This document shows positions 21,752-34,657 of a DNA stretch of 64,000 nucleotides, piece after piece. The translations under genes were made by a program, and so were the position numbers. The notes under the pieces are model-generated. The model worked only from the letters and a program-made list of their open reading frames with translations. It was not told the DNA's origin and made no database searches. Source of the stretch: Neodothiora populina (lineage: Eukaryota); NCBI RefSeq assembly GCF_041146345.1, contig NW_027191404.1, forward strand, positions 186,001 through 250,000, given 5' to 3'. The first letter of the stretch is position 1; each line of letters opens with the position of its first letter.

Positions 21752-24339
21752 ATGAGTGCTGTACATGAGATTTTACCTGATGACTCGAAGCTGTCTCCTG
21801 TAGATTTCAAGGAGTCAGATCCTCCACCTCCTACCTACAATGAAGAGAAGAAGAACTTCGACGTCTCGGAAGGAGAGATCTTTGTACCTGACGACACCGA
21901 CGAGGTCATCGATCCTCGTCTCAAGAACTATCCGATTCAGCTTGTCGCCAAAACCGTTAGTCTGCACAATGATCCAACGTAAGTACCCTGTGCTATTATG
22001 ACAATTACTCAGGTCCACTGACTTCTCTCAGGGAGCCTATCTTGACCTTCAGGTTCTGGTTCCTCTCTACCTTCTGGGTGGTAGTCGGTTGTGCTATTGC
22101 AACATTCTACTATTTCAAGCCTTACTCCATGACCTTGACTAGCTATGCCGTACAACTCTTGTCCTGGGGCATGGGTGTAGCAATGGCCAAGTATCTTCCT
22201 ACACGTCAATTCAACACGTTCGGATACAAGTGGTCCCTCAATCCCGCCCCATTCAACCCAAAGGAGCACGCTCTCGTCGTGGTAGCATACTGGGGTAGTT
22301 GCTATACAGCGTACGGCCTCGGACCTTTGTCGGCAATGGAAATGTACTATGGCAAGAAGGTCAACGCAGGCTGGGGCATACTATTCTTGATCAGTACTCA
22401 ATTGATTGGATATGGTGTAAGTCGATGTCACGTCTGATACTCCAAGCCATCACTGATATACGTATCGACAGTTTGCGGGTATCTATCGTGATATCCTTGT
22501 CAGACCCCCAAAGCTCTATTATCCTGGTGTGCTGCCAAATGTTGCTCTACTCAATGCAATGCACAAGAACCCCAGCATGGCTAAAAATTCATTGAAGTTC
22601 TTCGGCATAGTGGCAGTGGCTACCTTCGTGTGGCAATGGTTCCCCTCCTTTATATTTCCTCTGCTTACGACCATTCCTCTTCTCTGCTATTTTGGCCATG
22701 GAAACTGGATCGCATACATACTAGGATCCGGCAATTATGGTTTCGGCCTCTTGGATATCAGTCTAGATTGGAACTATGCGTCTTTCTTCTCCCCACTCTA
22801 TACCCCTCTCTGGGCGTCGGCACACCAATGGGGGTTTGCTCTTTTCCTATGCTGGTGTCTCTATCCAATTCTATACTTCTACAACGTCCTCGGCGCGAAA
22901 ACCTTTGCTCCAATGTCCTCTGGCACCTTTGATTCGGATGGCAACAAGTTCAACACATCTCGGATCCTCAATCCGAATCTGACGCTGAACGCTACTGCGC
23001 TGGCAGAATACTCTCAACCACATTGGTCAATGACCTATGCCATGTATTTCTTCTGGGGGTTTGCAGCTAGCACTGGAGCAATGATGTATGCAGCTCTGTA
23101 CTATGGATATGATTCGTACATCGCGATCAAGAATGCCTGGCAGAACAGGAGATCACACGAGGATGATCCTTATCTGGAAGTTATGAGTTTCGACCCTCGA
23201 GGTGAGCTAAGAGCCCTGGCAACGTTTTGTCGTCCATGCTTTTCACTGACACTCATATAGTTCCACACTGGTGGTACATTGCCCTTCTGGTGATCTGCCT
23301 CGCGCTCTCATTTGCTACGATTTACCAAGGAGGATTCCAGCTTTCGTGGTGGTAAGTCATGGCCTAAACAAATTTCATCGGCCTGGCAAGTACCACATAC
23401 TGATTGCCGCAGGGGTTTCATCGTCATCTGCCTCATCTCGTGGGTTTTCACATTCCCTAATGGCGTTCTTTGGGGTGTAGCCAACATGCAAGTCGGCATG
23501 GCTTTTTTGAGTGAAGTCATCGCAGGTTCTCTGTTTCCAGGCCAACCTCTTTCCGTCTTGACTTGCATGGTATACGGCCGACAAATCCTTGAGCAAAATC
23601 TCAACCTCATCTCTGACTACAAATTCGGGTTCTACATGAAGATTCCCGAGCGCGAGATGTTCTGGGGCCAAGTTTACGGAACCCTATTGGGGCCCTTTGT
23701 CAACTACGGACTTATGCGTATGTACACTTCACTCCCCGCCTTGAAATCAAGGAAAAGCATAGCTAATTGCAACCAACAGGCGTCATAATCGACAGCGTCG
23801 GAGCAGAGACTCTGACCGGCGAAAAACACAGCACGACTTGGCTAGCGCTCAAAACCAAGAACTTCTACTCGACCTCAGTCCTCTGGGGCATCCTGGGCCC
23901 GCACAGCTTCTTCAGTTCGGGAAGCTCCTACTCCTTCGTATACTACGGTTTCATCATCGGACCCGTGTGCGTCGCCGCCGTCTGGCTCCTGCACCGCCGC
24001 TTCCCCTCATGGAACCTCGAGACCCGCTTCAACCCTGTCCTGCTCTTCTACGGCGGCACTCTGTTCCCCGTCTACCAGACCACGAACCTCGTCACGTCCG
24101 CACTGTTCTCCGTCGTCTTCATGGGCTGGGCATACAGATACAAGCCCGTCTGGTGGAGGAAATACAATTACCTCCTAGGCGTCGGACTGGATTGTGGCTC
24201 TCAGCTCATGACTACGGTTCTGACGTTTGCGGTCGTCCTGGCCGGCAAGAGTATGCCTTATTGGTGGGGCAATGATGCGAGTGGGTACACGGATAGGTGT
24301 TTCCCTCCTGGTAACCTGCCTGCCGGCGCGCAGCCTTGA
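21752..24339 (+). CDS. OPT-family oligopeptide transporter
   Basis: Motifs DPTEPILTFRFWFL, WSLNPAPFNPKEHALV, SLDWN, ISDYKFGFYMKIPEREMFWGQVYGT, WWRKYNYLLGVGLDCG, WWGN. About five GT-AG introns (first 21979-22031). Confidence 0.95.
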
Positions 24340-24853
24340 GGGGGTGGATGGTTGAGTATTCGAATTTTTTTGATTCGAGCTATGAATTATGAGGGGTTGG
24401 GCGACGGTCAGGGCTTGACCTGATATGCACTTGATGAATGTCGTGCAAATTTTGTTGGTATATCGTTTTGGTTTTTTCATCCTTATCATCATTCTTTGAC
24501 AACCAATGGAGGGTTGACGGCTTGAGCACATCACAAGTCACACGATCAGTTAGCTACATCTCGCGTATTACGATGTCCCTTGAGGCTGAACAATTTCCAC
24601 AGCAGAGACACATCAAATGATTGGAATGCTTCTACTTTGTGTATTCGTCGTCGAGCTTCGATTATGTGGAACCCGAGTTGGCTCCCATCCATTGTTCTCG
24701 TTTTCTAGAAACCCTGACACCACTTTCCTATTCGTCCATGACATTTTGCCCATGACAAACATGATAAGCCATTATTAATTCCTCCGTTTCCTTTCCTGAA
24801 TCATACAAAAAACGCCTGCCCGATAAATGTCTATAGTTTCAGATACTCAACAA

Positions 24854-27683
24854 TTAACGGGCCCATCTGCCCCTCCTCGCAACGACCGTGCCGGTTCCAC
24901 CACCTCGCTGCGACAGCGTCGAACCACCAATGTCAATTCGAGAAAGCTCTTTCTCAAGAGCCGAGACGCCATATGCGTGGTCGTCAAAAGGTATCTTGGG
25001 GGGCAGCTCAGGTGGAGGTTCCGAGTAGGCGTGAGAGCGGCCATAGTATCCCGCCTGTGGAGCTGCTCTTCCTCTTTCGTTGCCGTATCCGTTGTGATAT
25101 TGATCGTCACCCCCACGTCCCCCGTATTGGCTAGCCTTGTCGGCCCCGCGTCCTCCGTACTGGCTCGCGTTCTCGTAGTCGCCGCCGAAGATGTCTCCAT
25201 AATGTCTCTGCTGTTGCTGAGGAGGCGGAGGCTGTTGGTAACCAGGAGGGGCTGGGCTTCGAGACCTGTGACGGACGTGCTGATTGTCTGCGTATCCCTC
25301 AGAGTAGCGGTGTTGTCCACCAGCATACGGATTCGGTATCTCGATCTCGTTAAGAGGGTAATTGCTCGCATCGTGTGGGAGGCTACTCTGCGGGATATCG
25401 CTTCTCCTCTTAAGAAGTCGATTGCGTGAGGGCGGAGTGCCATTCGCCGACGGAGAGTCGAACGAATTCATGCTGGGGTTAGGGCTACCGTGTTTGGAGC
25501 GGACATTGACGACGACATCACGTCCAACACGTCCGCCAGTAGCTGGCACATTATGAATGTTGTGACGAGGACCGCTGAGACCACGAGGACGGTTTGGATC
25601 GTAAGCACCAGCGCCGTACTGCTTTTCTGGTGTCTTCTTTACGGGTTCGGGTGCCCAAGAATGCACAGGGAGATGATCGCTAGGGTCCACCGTCCGACCA
25701 TCCCAAGTCGTGATGGGTCCATCAGGATCAGGCAGAGGTCGCGGCGGCTCCTGTTCCTCTGTTCCGACGTGTGGAGAGTTGGGTATGTGGTAGGGCATTC
25801 GAGGATTCGTAGACTGCGAATGCGTGTAGCGAGATGTCTGACTTGCATTCGGATTGAAAGAGCCATAGTCGTCAGGTGAAAAGGGCACAGAGCCACTACC
25901 TGACGTGGAAGGTCGAGGTGAGACTGATTTCCGCGTTGGCATCTTCTGCAAGGGAGAAGGGCTGGGGTTTGGTGCAGAGGCCCCAGATGTTGAATCGTGG
26001 GCCGCATATGTCTGTACAGGGTGTCGGATTGATGCAAGAGACGAACGCGGCTGTGGAGCAGGTGCGGGTGAGATGGCTCTGGGTTTTATCATGGGGGCAC
26101 CGTCCGGAGGATAGCCACGCTGGTATGGATCTTCAAAGCCCTGTTGTTGCTGCTGCTCCGCATAATAAGGGGCTGGGCTGGCAGAGCGACGCATCTCACT
26201 TGCCAGCGGATGAGTACGAGGAGGTGTAACGGTATCATAGGGGTCTGCCATGATGTGACGTGGATTTCGCTGGCTCGACGAGGAAGGACGGGGATAGCCG
26301 GGAGATGAGCCAGCGTTGGACGGTGCATATACACTTTGCGGCGGTGGTGGACCAGAATATGATTTTCGAAAATTAGGAGTGCTTTGACTTGAGCCCAAGG
26401 GTGGAGGGCCGTATTCGTCGACGGACTGGCTTCTTGGCGGGGGACCTCGCATACGATGAGATGGAGGTAGTGGAGGCAAGTCCTCTATCTCGTCTTCAAC
26501 CGTTGGCTGCAGGGAGGCATCGTAAGCTCTGCTTCGCGGAGTACGAGCCTGTGGATAGCCATAGGGATCGTGAGTTTGAGGAACTGTGGTGGGTGCTGAA
26601 TGTGAATGAGGAAGTTCCGGATGACCTTGTGAGCGTGCATGATAAGACGCTGCATCCGGGATTGAGGTTCGTAGTTGTTGTGGCAAAGCTCCTCTGCTTG
26701 ATCTTGAGGGTGGCAGCTCAGGCAGAGAGGGCATAGAGTGGTGCTGCTGATGCTGTTGTTGCAGCTGCTGGTGTTGCGGTCGATAGCCAGGATGATAATC
26801 TAGATCTTCTACTGCCGGCTGATGGTGCTGCTGATGAGGGTACGGTTGATACTGTTGATGTGATTGCGGATGGTAAGGTGGGATATCTGGTGGATATTGT
26901 TGCTGCTGTTGGGGCTGCTCCTGCTGATAGTGGTGTTCATTGGGATACTGCACAGGTGGTGCATTGGGATGCGATGCGCTAGTCATCGAAGACGAAGCTC
27001 TAGTTCTACTGCCCATCGCTCTAGGCCCCGCAGTCCGTGTGTTCTCCATCTGATGAGGCAGAGGTGTGGTATGCAGCTCGGCGGGCAGAGGTCGTCTCTT
27101 GATCTTCTTTTCATGTGCCTTCTCTCTGGGTTTATCTCCCCGTTCGTCGGGACGCGAGTCATAGTAGGTTAATTCAAGCATGACTTCGCCAGCATATTTG
27201 CCCTTGTAGCTAAGTTGATGCCAATCGTCCTTCTTGCCTCCACCCGGGATGACTACTTGTTCGAGATTGACCCACATCTCGCCGATAAGATCCGTCTTCT
27301 TGTCATCATTGAACACCGAGACTTTTAGATTATTATAATCAGGTGATTCGTGCACAGTAAACCTGAGTTCCTGATCCCTAGTATACTGTCAGTATGCAGA
27401 TATTGCCAGCTGGGAGGACCCAGAAAGATAAAGCTGCTGCCTACCATTTTGGCGTCTGTCCTCCTCGTTTGTCTGTTTCCGTCTTCTTCGCCTCTTTGCC
27501 CAGTCTGGCAGCACAGTAGGGATTCTGCTTGCCCATTGTCTTCCGATTGGGCAAGTTCTTAGCTCGATCGACAATGACGACCAGCGTGCCTATTTCAGGT
27601 CCATCGACGGTCATGTCTGAGAAGATGCCCGCTGTGTGCATCCCTCCCCCAAGAGCGGCGAAATCAGGTACTATCGATGTCAT
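24854..27683 (-). CDS. fic1: C2-domain cytokinesis ingression protein (Fic1/Inn1-like) with long Pro/Gln-rich tail
   Basis: N-terminus HTAGIFSDMTVDGPEIGTLVVIVDRAKNLPNRKTMGKQNPYCAARLGKEAKKTETDKRGGQTPKW|DQELRFTVHESPDY...GKYAGEVMLELTYYD; intron 27378-27444; C-terminal PPELPPKIP and VDPSDHLPVHSWAPEP. Confidence 0.85.
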
Positions 27684-29498
27684 TGTGGATGTTTGCGTTG
27701 TGGAAGGTGCGGTATAGTCAGACTTGTGGTCTCGAAGGAAGGTCTTGTTGTAAATGGAAGGAGCGGACAGCCTCAATACGCGGCCGGCTTGGATCGAGGC
27801 TTGGTGTTGCGAAGGATTTCAGTTGTTGTTACAGAGAGACACGACAAGACGACCAGTTATCCAGAAGGTGAAGCGAGAGACCCTGTAGAGATCCTGGGAG
27901 TGTCCTCAAGCTTGACTGGTAGATGTAATGTATCGAAGCGAAGGTAATGCTAACAATGATGTCGACCAAATGATTGATGGTCTATGTGTGCAAAGATGTG
28001 GGGATGAAATGATTGTGGATCTACGCCATGAATACACCGGTCGCCCAGCTACAGCTTTGATTTGTTCTCGCGCCTGTGCCTGAGGCTGGGAATGGTGTCA
28101 GACGTGTGTCTGTGCCTTCGTAATGGACTCAGGCTGCTGTCATCAGCATTGTCGACAGCGTAATTTGGTTTCGATTTCGTAAAGGTCTGGTCTGTTCTGT
28201 TTACTTCTGGGGGTGCTGTGTTTCGTCGCGGGACGTTGGCAAAGCTCGGTCCTCCCTGTCTATTTGCGGGAACCCTGATGTAAGGCTGTTGTTATGGTCG
28301 TGGTAATTATCTTCTCTCCTCGAGATTTCTACAATTATGTTGCACAAGATACACAAATTTCGAGTTCAGCAGAGAAAAAAGCATGAGCCCAAAAAGGTTG
28401 AGTGATCCCTGCTTCCAATGGCTTCTGACAGGTATGCTCAGTATAAAGAGAGCAGAACCACCTGCGCTTCTCATGCAGCCAACCAACCTTTAAAATCCGT
28501 GGCTGGTGAACCATCCCCGAGCGCGGAACCCTCTACAATCAACACGAATCAAGACACAGGGCATACAACACAGCAAGAGTCCACGTCTGGCTCAAGCTCG
28601 TCCGGCAATCGAATATCATATAAATCCTGTGGCTGACATTTACTCTAAATACACATCTAATGCCAAGGCATCATGCGATATATTCGCAGGGAAGAGTTGC
28701 TCCGTCTGCAGAAGAGATTGGCGAGACGCGTTGCAGTGGCGCGCCCCCCACGTTTACATTTATCACTTCCAAGGTTCAATTTATGCTTGGTCTGGGCACT
28801 CCTCGGGACCGTATCAATCCTTGCGATCAACTTTGATTGATTCTTTGTGTTCATCTTCTGCTGACATGCATCGGCATCTCCAACCGTATGATAACGCACT
28901 GGTCGAGGATCGCGTCCATGCGATCAGTGATTGCTGACCATGTCATCATCCTTGTCACTTACTGACGATTGCGGCCTGAATGGCGAAACATGAGCATAGG
29001 CACTGTGATGTCCGATGCGTACGCCCTGTCCAGATATTTGTCAAAGAGACTTTGGTTGTTGTTGAAGTCATGAGCCGAGGATCATCAATTACACCGGTCA
29101 ATATTCGATACCATCACCACAGCGGCATACCCAATATTCTTGGCTCGTCTTGCCGGTCATGTCACTCCGTCTGTCAACATATTTGCTTCCACAAAGGTGT
29201 TTTCGTTAAAGTCCGGGGACACGGAGAAGTGGTAAGTCACAGTATGCGATTATTAAAGGCATGTCAGTGTTTGAATACTTTTCTGTATAATATATTTTTC
29301 GTCTGTAATATCATACAAGATCCCCAGCGGAGCATACATGAGCTCGACGCTGCTCATCCAGCCTCAATTCTCGCTTTACAAGTAAAATCCTGATAGGTCA
29401 TCAAATCGTGTCGCAATATTGTTTGCCTCTAAAACAGGCACTTGTTGTCGATGTCCTTGGACAGAGCTAAAGAGCCAGCAGGTGTCCATGTTGGTGCT

Positions 29499-29946
29499 CT
29501 ACCTGATGTTCTCTCTGATGTCGTTGTTGCCGCCATTGTCCTCGACGTATTGACGAGCCTTGTCCTCAGGGCCTCCGCTTCCCTCAAAATCGCGGGCTTT
29601 GAACAGCTTGCCAGTCGTAGGGTCGATGTCGCCGCCCTCGGAAAGAGGAATATCACGGTTGTCACCGGCCCCAGATGCTGCGCTGCCATATGTTACGCAG
29701 GCTCCAGGGAACTTGTTGGAAACACCTTGGTCGACACCAGACTCGTTGGCTATTGAAAGGTCAGGTCCGTATGTTTACAACCATCTGTGATACAAGCGCC
29801 ACTTGGTGACGTGGTGCACTGCATTGAAGTAGAGCAAACTTACTGCTATCACTTGCGGGAGTTCCAGTCTTTGCAGCAGTCGAGTTGAGATCTCTCTCAG
29901 CCTCGTTGGCGATGTCAATGGGGTTCTTTCCTTCGAAGCCGGACAT
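29499..29946 (-). CDS. Small acidic Gly-rich conserved fungal protein (~117 aa), function unknown
   Basis: MSGFEGKNPIDIANEAERDLNSTAAKTG...|NESGVDQGVSNKFPGACVTYGSAASGAGDNRDIPLSEGGDIDPTTGKLFKARDFEGSGGPEDK...IRENIR*; intron 29750-29843 (GTAAGT...CTGAC...TAG). Confidence 0.85.
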
Positions 29947-30816
29947 TTTGAGATTGATGAGATGGGTTTCTGGGTGTCAAAAGTGTAAAGCTTGTTTTCT
30001 GTATTGGTAATAAAATGCTGGTTTGAATTGGAAGAAGAAACATCCTCATACCATATAATATATCCATCAGGATCTCCTCCATTGGTGGCATGCAGGGTCC
30101 CACTTACTACGGAGAGCACATGAGGGCATCATTGCAGCGGTTGATGTCAGACCCACGTCAACGCCAAGACTATACTGAAGTCTCTCTCTACCAGCTACAC
30201 CTCGACTCTCCACTATTATGCTATTCGATAATTTTCTGTAAAGCCGATCTCACGATTTGTATGCGGTGTCTTTTTCCGTTGAATACACTTGAGGTAGGTA
30301 GGTCCACAAAACTGACGGGCAGCCGCAAAGATGCCATGTGGCTTACCCATCCAGTGGATTCTTCGCAGCATCGCGGCGCAGTTATTATCATCTCCGCAGT
30401 GGCGAAATCTCGGTCGCTGATATGATCGTTCCTTGTCCGTGGTTGTGGATATCAAGTCTCATAGTGATGATGCGATCATTGTAGTGGAGCAGATGGTGAC
30501 ATTGCACATTGTGGAGTTGCTCTGATATCGCTGCGCCCTTCTTCTTGTTTTGCGATGTCAACTTGGATTATGTGCCAGTCGCAGTGGTTCCCCAGATCGT
30601 AAGCAGTTATTTCACATTCCTGTATCCTAAAATGTGATTGTGATTCGTTTATAGTCGCATCCCGACGTGTTGAACTGCCTCATACATGGGCACTGACAGA
30701 CAGTCTTGGACCGAGTGTCTCGTAGGTATGACTGATCAATGGTGCCGACTGATGTTCTCGTGCTATCGATGGAAACTCGATACACAATACCCAAGCTGCG
30801 AAAACAATAATCTGTC

Positions 30817-31989
30817 TCATTTATTGATGATCCTCCAGTCCACGCAAACTGCCCATGTCTCGTTGAGGTCGGTGAGAATATCCCACGTGGGTGTTTTGAT
30901 GCCAATGGTGTCTCCGGGTTGTAGTTGCACTTTCGTATTCATCCCGCCTTGTATGAGCATACCTTTGATACTTAATCGATTGCCATCTACACCCTCGACG
31001 AAGATTGGTCCGCCATCTAAGCCTCGAGAAGCACCGGAAATGCTCTGAATATTGACCGTCCGGACAAATTGATTACCCTGGAACTGCCCTGGGTCTCTAC
31101 TACTCAGACTTGCAGCTTGTCCAATTTCGATTACCCATTTTGATAGCTCGCCAGCCATACCCCCTGGGATGTATCGTTGACCTCTCCGGTGAGGACTAAA
31201 GGCCTCGGGTAGTGGTTCTGAGGCTGAAGACACCTCCGGTTTCGGTAGAGATGGCTTAAGAAAAGCAGGCCGACTGAGCGTTGATGAGGTGCTGGACCCT
31301 TCAGGCCTGCGGAACGCTGTCGAGGGAGTCCGTGACGGAGGTATCAGGAAACGTGCAGGACCTGATTTGACAGAGGACGTGGGCTCAGGCATTGGCTCAG
31401 GCATTGGCTCAGATAGCTCTGAAGCCTTAATGGAGGCATCAGTGGTCGCAATTGAGTCTACCACGCTTACGCGAGCGCGCTTTCGTGACAGCTGTACGGT
31501 TGAAGGATCCTCGGGTTCTTGAAAGGCTGTGTATGAAGGCTCAGAGGGTTTCAGATCAAGGAAATAAACATCGTTGTCAAGCATTTCTTCATCTTCGTCT
31601 TCTCCGCTGTTTCCCGCGTCGTCGACATCTTCTCGCTTGTACGAAGGCGTAGCGGACGATGTGGCAAGTATAGATTTGTACGGACCAGCCTTTATCGGAG
31701 TATGAAATCGTGGTGGAAAAGAGCTTGCACGCGCTGGGCTAAAGGACGATGTCATGTGTGTTGCGAACCGAGGAATGGAGGCAAACTGCGTTGCACCTTG
31801 TCGTTGGGTGGCTGAGTACGTCGCAATTTCCCCATCCCTAGGCTGATCATCTTCGTTGTTTTCATCTTCAATAATATTGTCCGGTCTTTTGAATATGGAC
31901 TTCTTGTGAGACTAATGTACAAATATCAGAATATGGCTTCCGTCTAGCATAAGGGTGAGCGTTACTGCAGAAGGTGGCGTGGGTGCCAT
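30817..31989 (-). CDS. Conserved fungal hypothetical protein: disordered N-terminus, C-terminal putative OB-fold
   Basis: Exon 1 31966-31989 (MAPTPPSA) and intron 31912-31965 splice in frame to the 312-aa ORF. Motifs PLPEAFSPHRRGQRYIPGGMAGELSKWV and LQPGDTIGIKTPTWDI...WAVCVDW. Confidence 0.75.
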
Positions 31990-32593
31990 TGGCTCATCAA
32001 CTTATACGGAAATGATCGAGTTCACTAATGGTGATTATACCTGATCAAACAGGCTATTTTACACCATACGTGATTTTGTCTGGTCCCAGGGGAACAACGC
32101 GGTAATGATGATAGAGCGTGAACGCCTCATCTAAAGAAGCCTCATATTTCTAGTGGATTGGCACTAATGTAAGAACGTGCTAGTCGACCGCGACAGTCAT
32201 GCAATTGTACAAGTCCACTTGCAACGAAATCTAGAACTTGTAACAGACCTGCAGGCAATTAATACATGGACTGTAAAAAATGGAGAAATTCGACGGCTCG
32301 AATGCCACTCGACGCTTTCGTGTGAGGTGCCTTAGTTTACGCAGGCTTGGCGCCTCGCTTTTGTAGTACTGTATTTTCCCTTTCCAACACACAGAGCGGC
32401 AGCAGCAAAGATGATGAACAAAGACATGCTTGGAAGAAGACGAGGACAACACGTTCAATTGACGGGAAGAAGAATTGTTGCCAATTATGGAGTGAACATT
32501 ATCTAACCGCTCTATGAGAGCGAATGGAATATATACTTGGTCGATATCTACACCTCAGCCCAACCCAGCTAACATGAAATCGTCGATAACCTT

Positions 32594-33220
32594 TCACTCG
32601 TAAAACCAATATTCGGCAGAGTACTTGACCTCAATAGGTCCGACTTTCGTACAGGTTTCGGGAGGACTTCCAGACGCTGTCTCCACTCTGTATACAGCCT
32701 TTAAGTCCTTCGAAACGCCCCGTCCGTCGTCCGCAAGATACAGCCAGGCCACTGAGTTTGGCACGCTCGCTGACGGAGCATTCACTGAGGCCACCTTCTT
32801 TGCACTGAGAAATGCGGGCGGGTTTGCTGCCTGAAGATCGAAGGTGGGTACCGATGAGGCGCTGAAGAAGTGGTGGCCAAGCGTTGGGAGACCCAATGAT
32901 GAAGAGGTCGAATAAGCAAGTGGAGGTAGCACGGGGATTACCTCAGGAGCGTTACTGAGGAGTGAGGTAGCATCATATAGAGTAGCCACAGCGCCTGTGG
33001 CAACAGGCGAAGAAGATGTGTTGGCGCATGTGTAGTTTTGTGTTCCAAGCCCCAATGCAACATATTTGAAACGCAGTTGCACGGGAGAGGGCAGTCCATT
33101 GAGTGGAGGATCGCATAGCTTTACGGATCTTTTCGTGTACCCGTATGGTAATGAAGATGCCGGGTATGCATCGGAAAAAGTTACCATTGCCATAGTGAGG
33201 AAGTAAAGTACTGCAGACAT
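32594..33220 (-). CDS. Secreted DUF3455-family protein
   Basis: Signal-peptide-like N-terminus; ALGLGTQNYTC, GAVATLYD, GHHFF, PTFDL, VAWLYL, VYRVETASGSPP, YSAEYWFY. Confidence 0.88.
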   Translation of the reverse strand: MSAVLYFLTMAMVTFSDAYPASSLPYGYTKRSVKLCDPPLNGLPSPVQLRFKYVALGLGTQNYTCANTSSSPVATGAVATLYDATSLLSNAPEVIPVLPPLAYSTSSSLGLPTLGHHFFSASSVPTFDLQAANPPAFLSAKKVASVNAPSASVPNSVAWLYLADDGRGVSKDLKAVYRVETASGSPPETCTKVGPIEVKYSAEYWFYE

Positions 33221-34657
33221 CTTGAAGGTACTCGGAGATTGATTGGTAGTTCGAGTAAGACAAAGAATCGATTGGAAATGATGAAAGACACAAAATACTT
33301 AGCTAGGTGATATGGCAATTATATACGCAGTTCTCAGTGTTAGATTGGCACTCGGTCCTTATGCAGTGGCAGGAACGTCGGCTGGACAATGTCATCCAAA
33401 ATAGACACGGATATGAAATCGTTCGTAGGTACAGGACGCTTACACTTTCGCGCGTTTACATGCATGAACCGCTTCTTCCACATGGCCAGCGTTCCAGCCT
33501 TCCTAACACGGACAGAGACAGGCGTTGATATGGGAGGTTATAACTGACATGCGATGTTAAGCGATTATCTTGAGGAAGCGGTAGATGAGCCGAAAGCCTG
33601 CTTGCTTTCGTAGATTAGATTACTGGCCAGAAATAGCTGTCGATTCTTGTAGACCTAGACCAGGTGGTCCAACTCCTCCACACGTTGGTATTAAATTTAG
33701 TGACCTTGAGTAGTTGTCAATCTCACTAGATCTGGGTCAGGTGCATGCAATGTCAAGCCCGAGAGACCGGTGCTACATGTACTATGCTCCTTAGCGGCGC
33801 TTAAATCTACTCATACAGTGCTTCTGCAGCCTTTCCGTTTCAATCGTCGATATCCCAGAGCCGGACAGTAGCAGCGAACAAACAATCGTCGTTTGTGGTG
33901 TTCAGAAGAGAAGACTTCGTTGCACTGTTTTGTCGTAGTATACTCGAATATGATAGCAGCTAGTGCTATGATGGAAGTATCAACAAGGCACTGCTCTCGC
34001 TAACGGATGATAGTAAGTGAAGTGGTTGCGGCGATAGTGGTGTAAAGCGCATTAATTATGTGCATACTTGGCGCGGTAAAGCCAGCTAAGAATAGCAAAT
34101 TCCTCCCCACTTGAGATGCATTTATGGGTCTTTCTCCAACTCCACCTTACTCGACTATAGCCTGATCTTGACATCTCACCTCAGACAGTACATCCCTCGT
34201 TATCATCCACTGCATTACGCGAACCTCAACTCGCTTGATAAAGGGACCAGATAACGTTTCTGACAACCTCACCCTCTTGGCGGCAATCCATTGAGCAAAT
34301 GAAAGCGCTTCTTTGTCCGCGTAGATGAACCTTCAGGTTCTTTACGAGGTATGGGCTGATCAAAGACTTCCTTGTCTTCAAGACTTGGAAGATTGAAGAT
34401 GAAAGAAGATCAAAGAGCTTTGTTGAAATGCAAAGAGCTTTGGACAAAGGAACCTCTGTGCATTTAATCCCGCTCGTTCGCTGCAGTCTGCATCTTTCTG
34501 TCAAACCACCTTCCATATCTCACTTTATCTACATCGAAAGTAGTAAGTATCAGACATCTGCCGGCAGATAGTCATTATTTCATTTGTCACTTCTTTCAAT
34601 CTTATTTATTTTTACTTTCCCCCAAAAGATCCGAAGTCAACGAAGCCAACCGTCATC

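Noticed and set aside
28418..29393. Several 70-140 aa ORFs
   Set aside because: No recognisable motifs or consistent gene structure.
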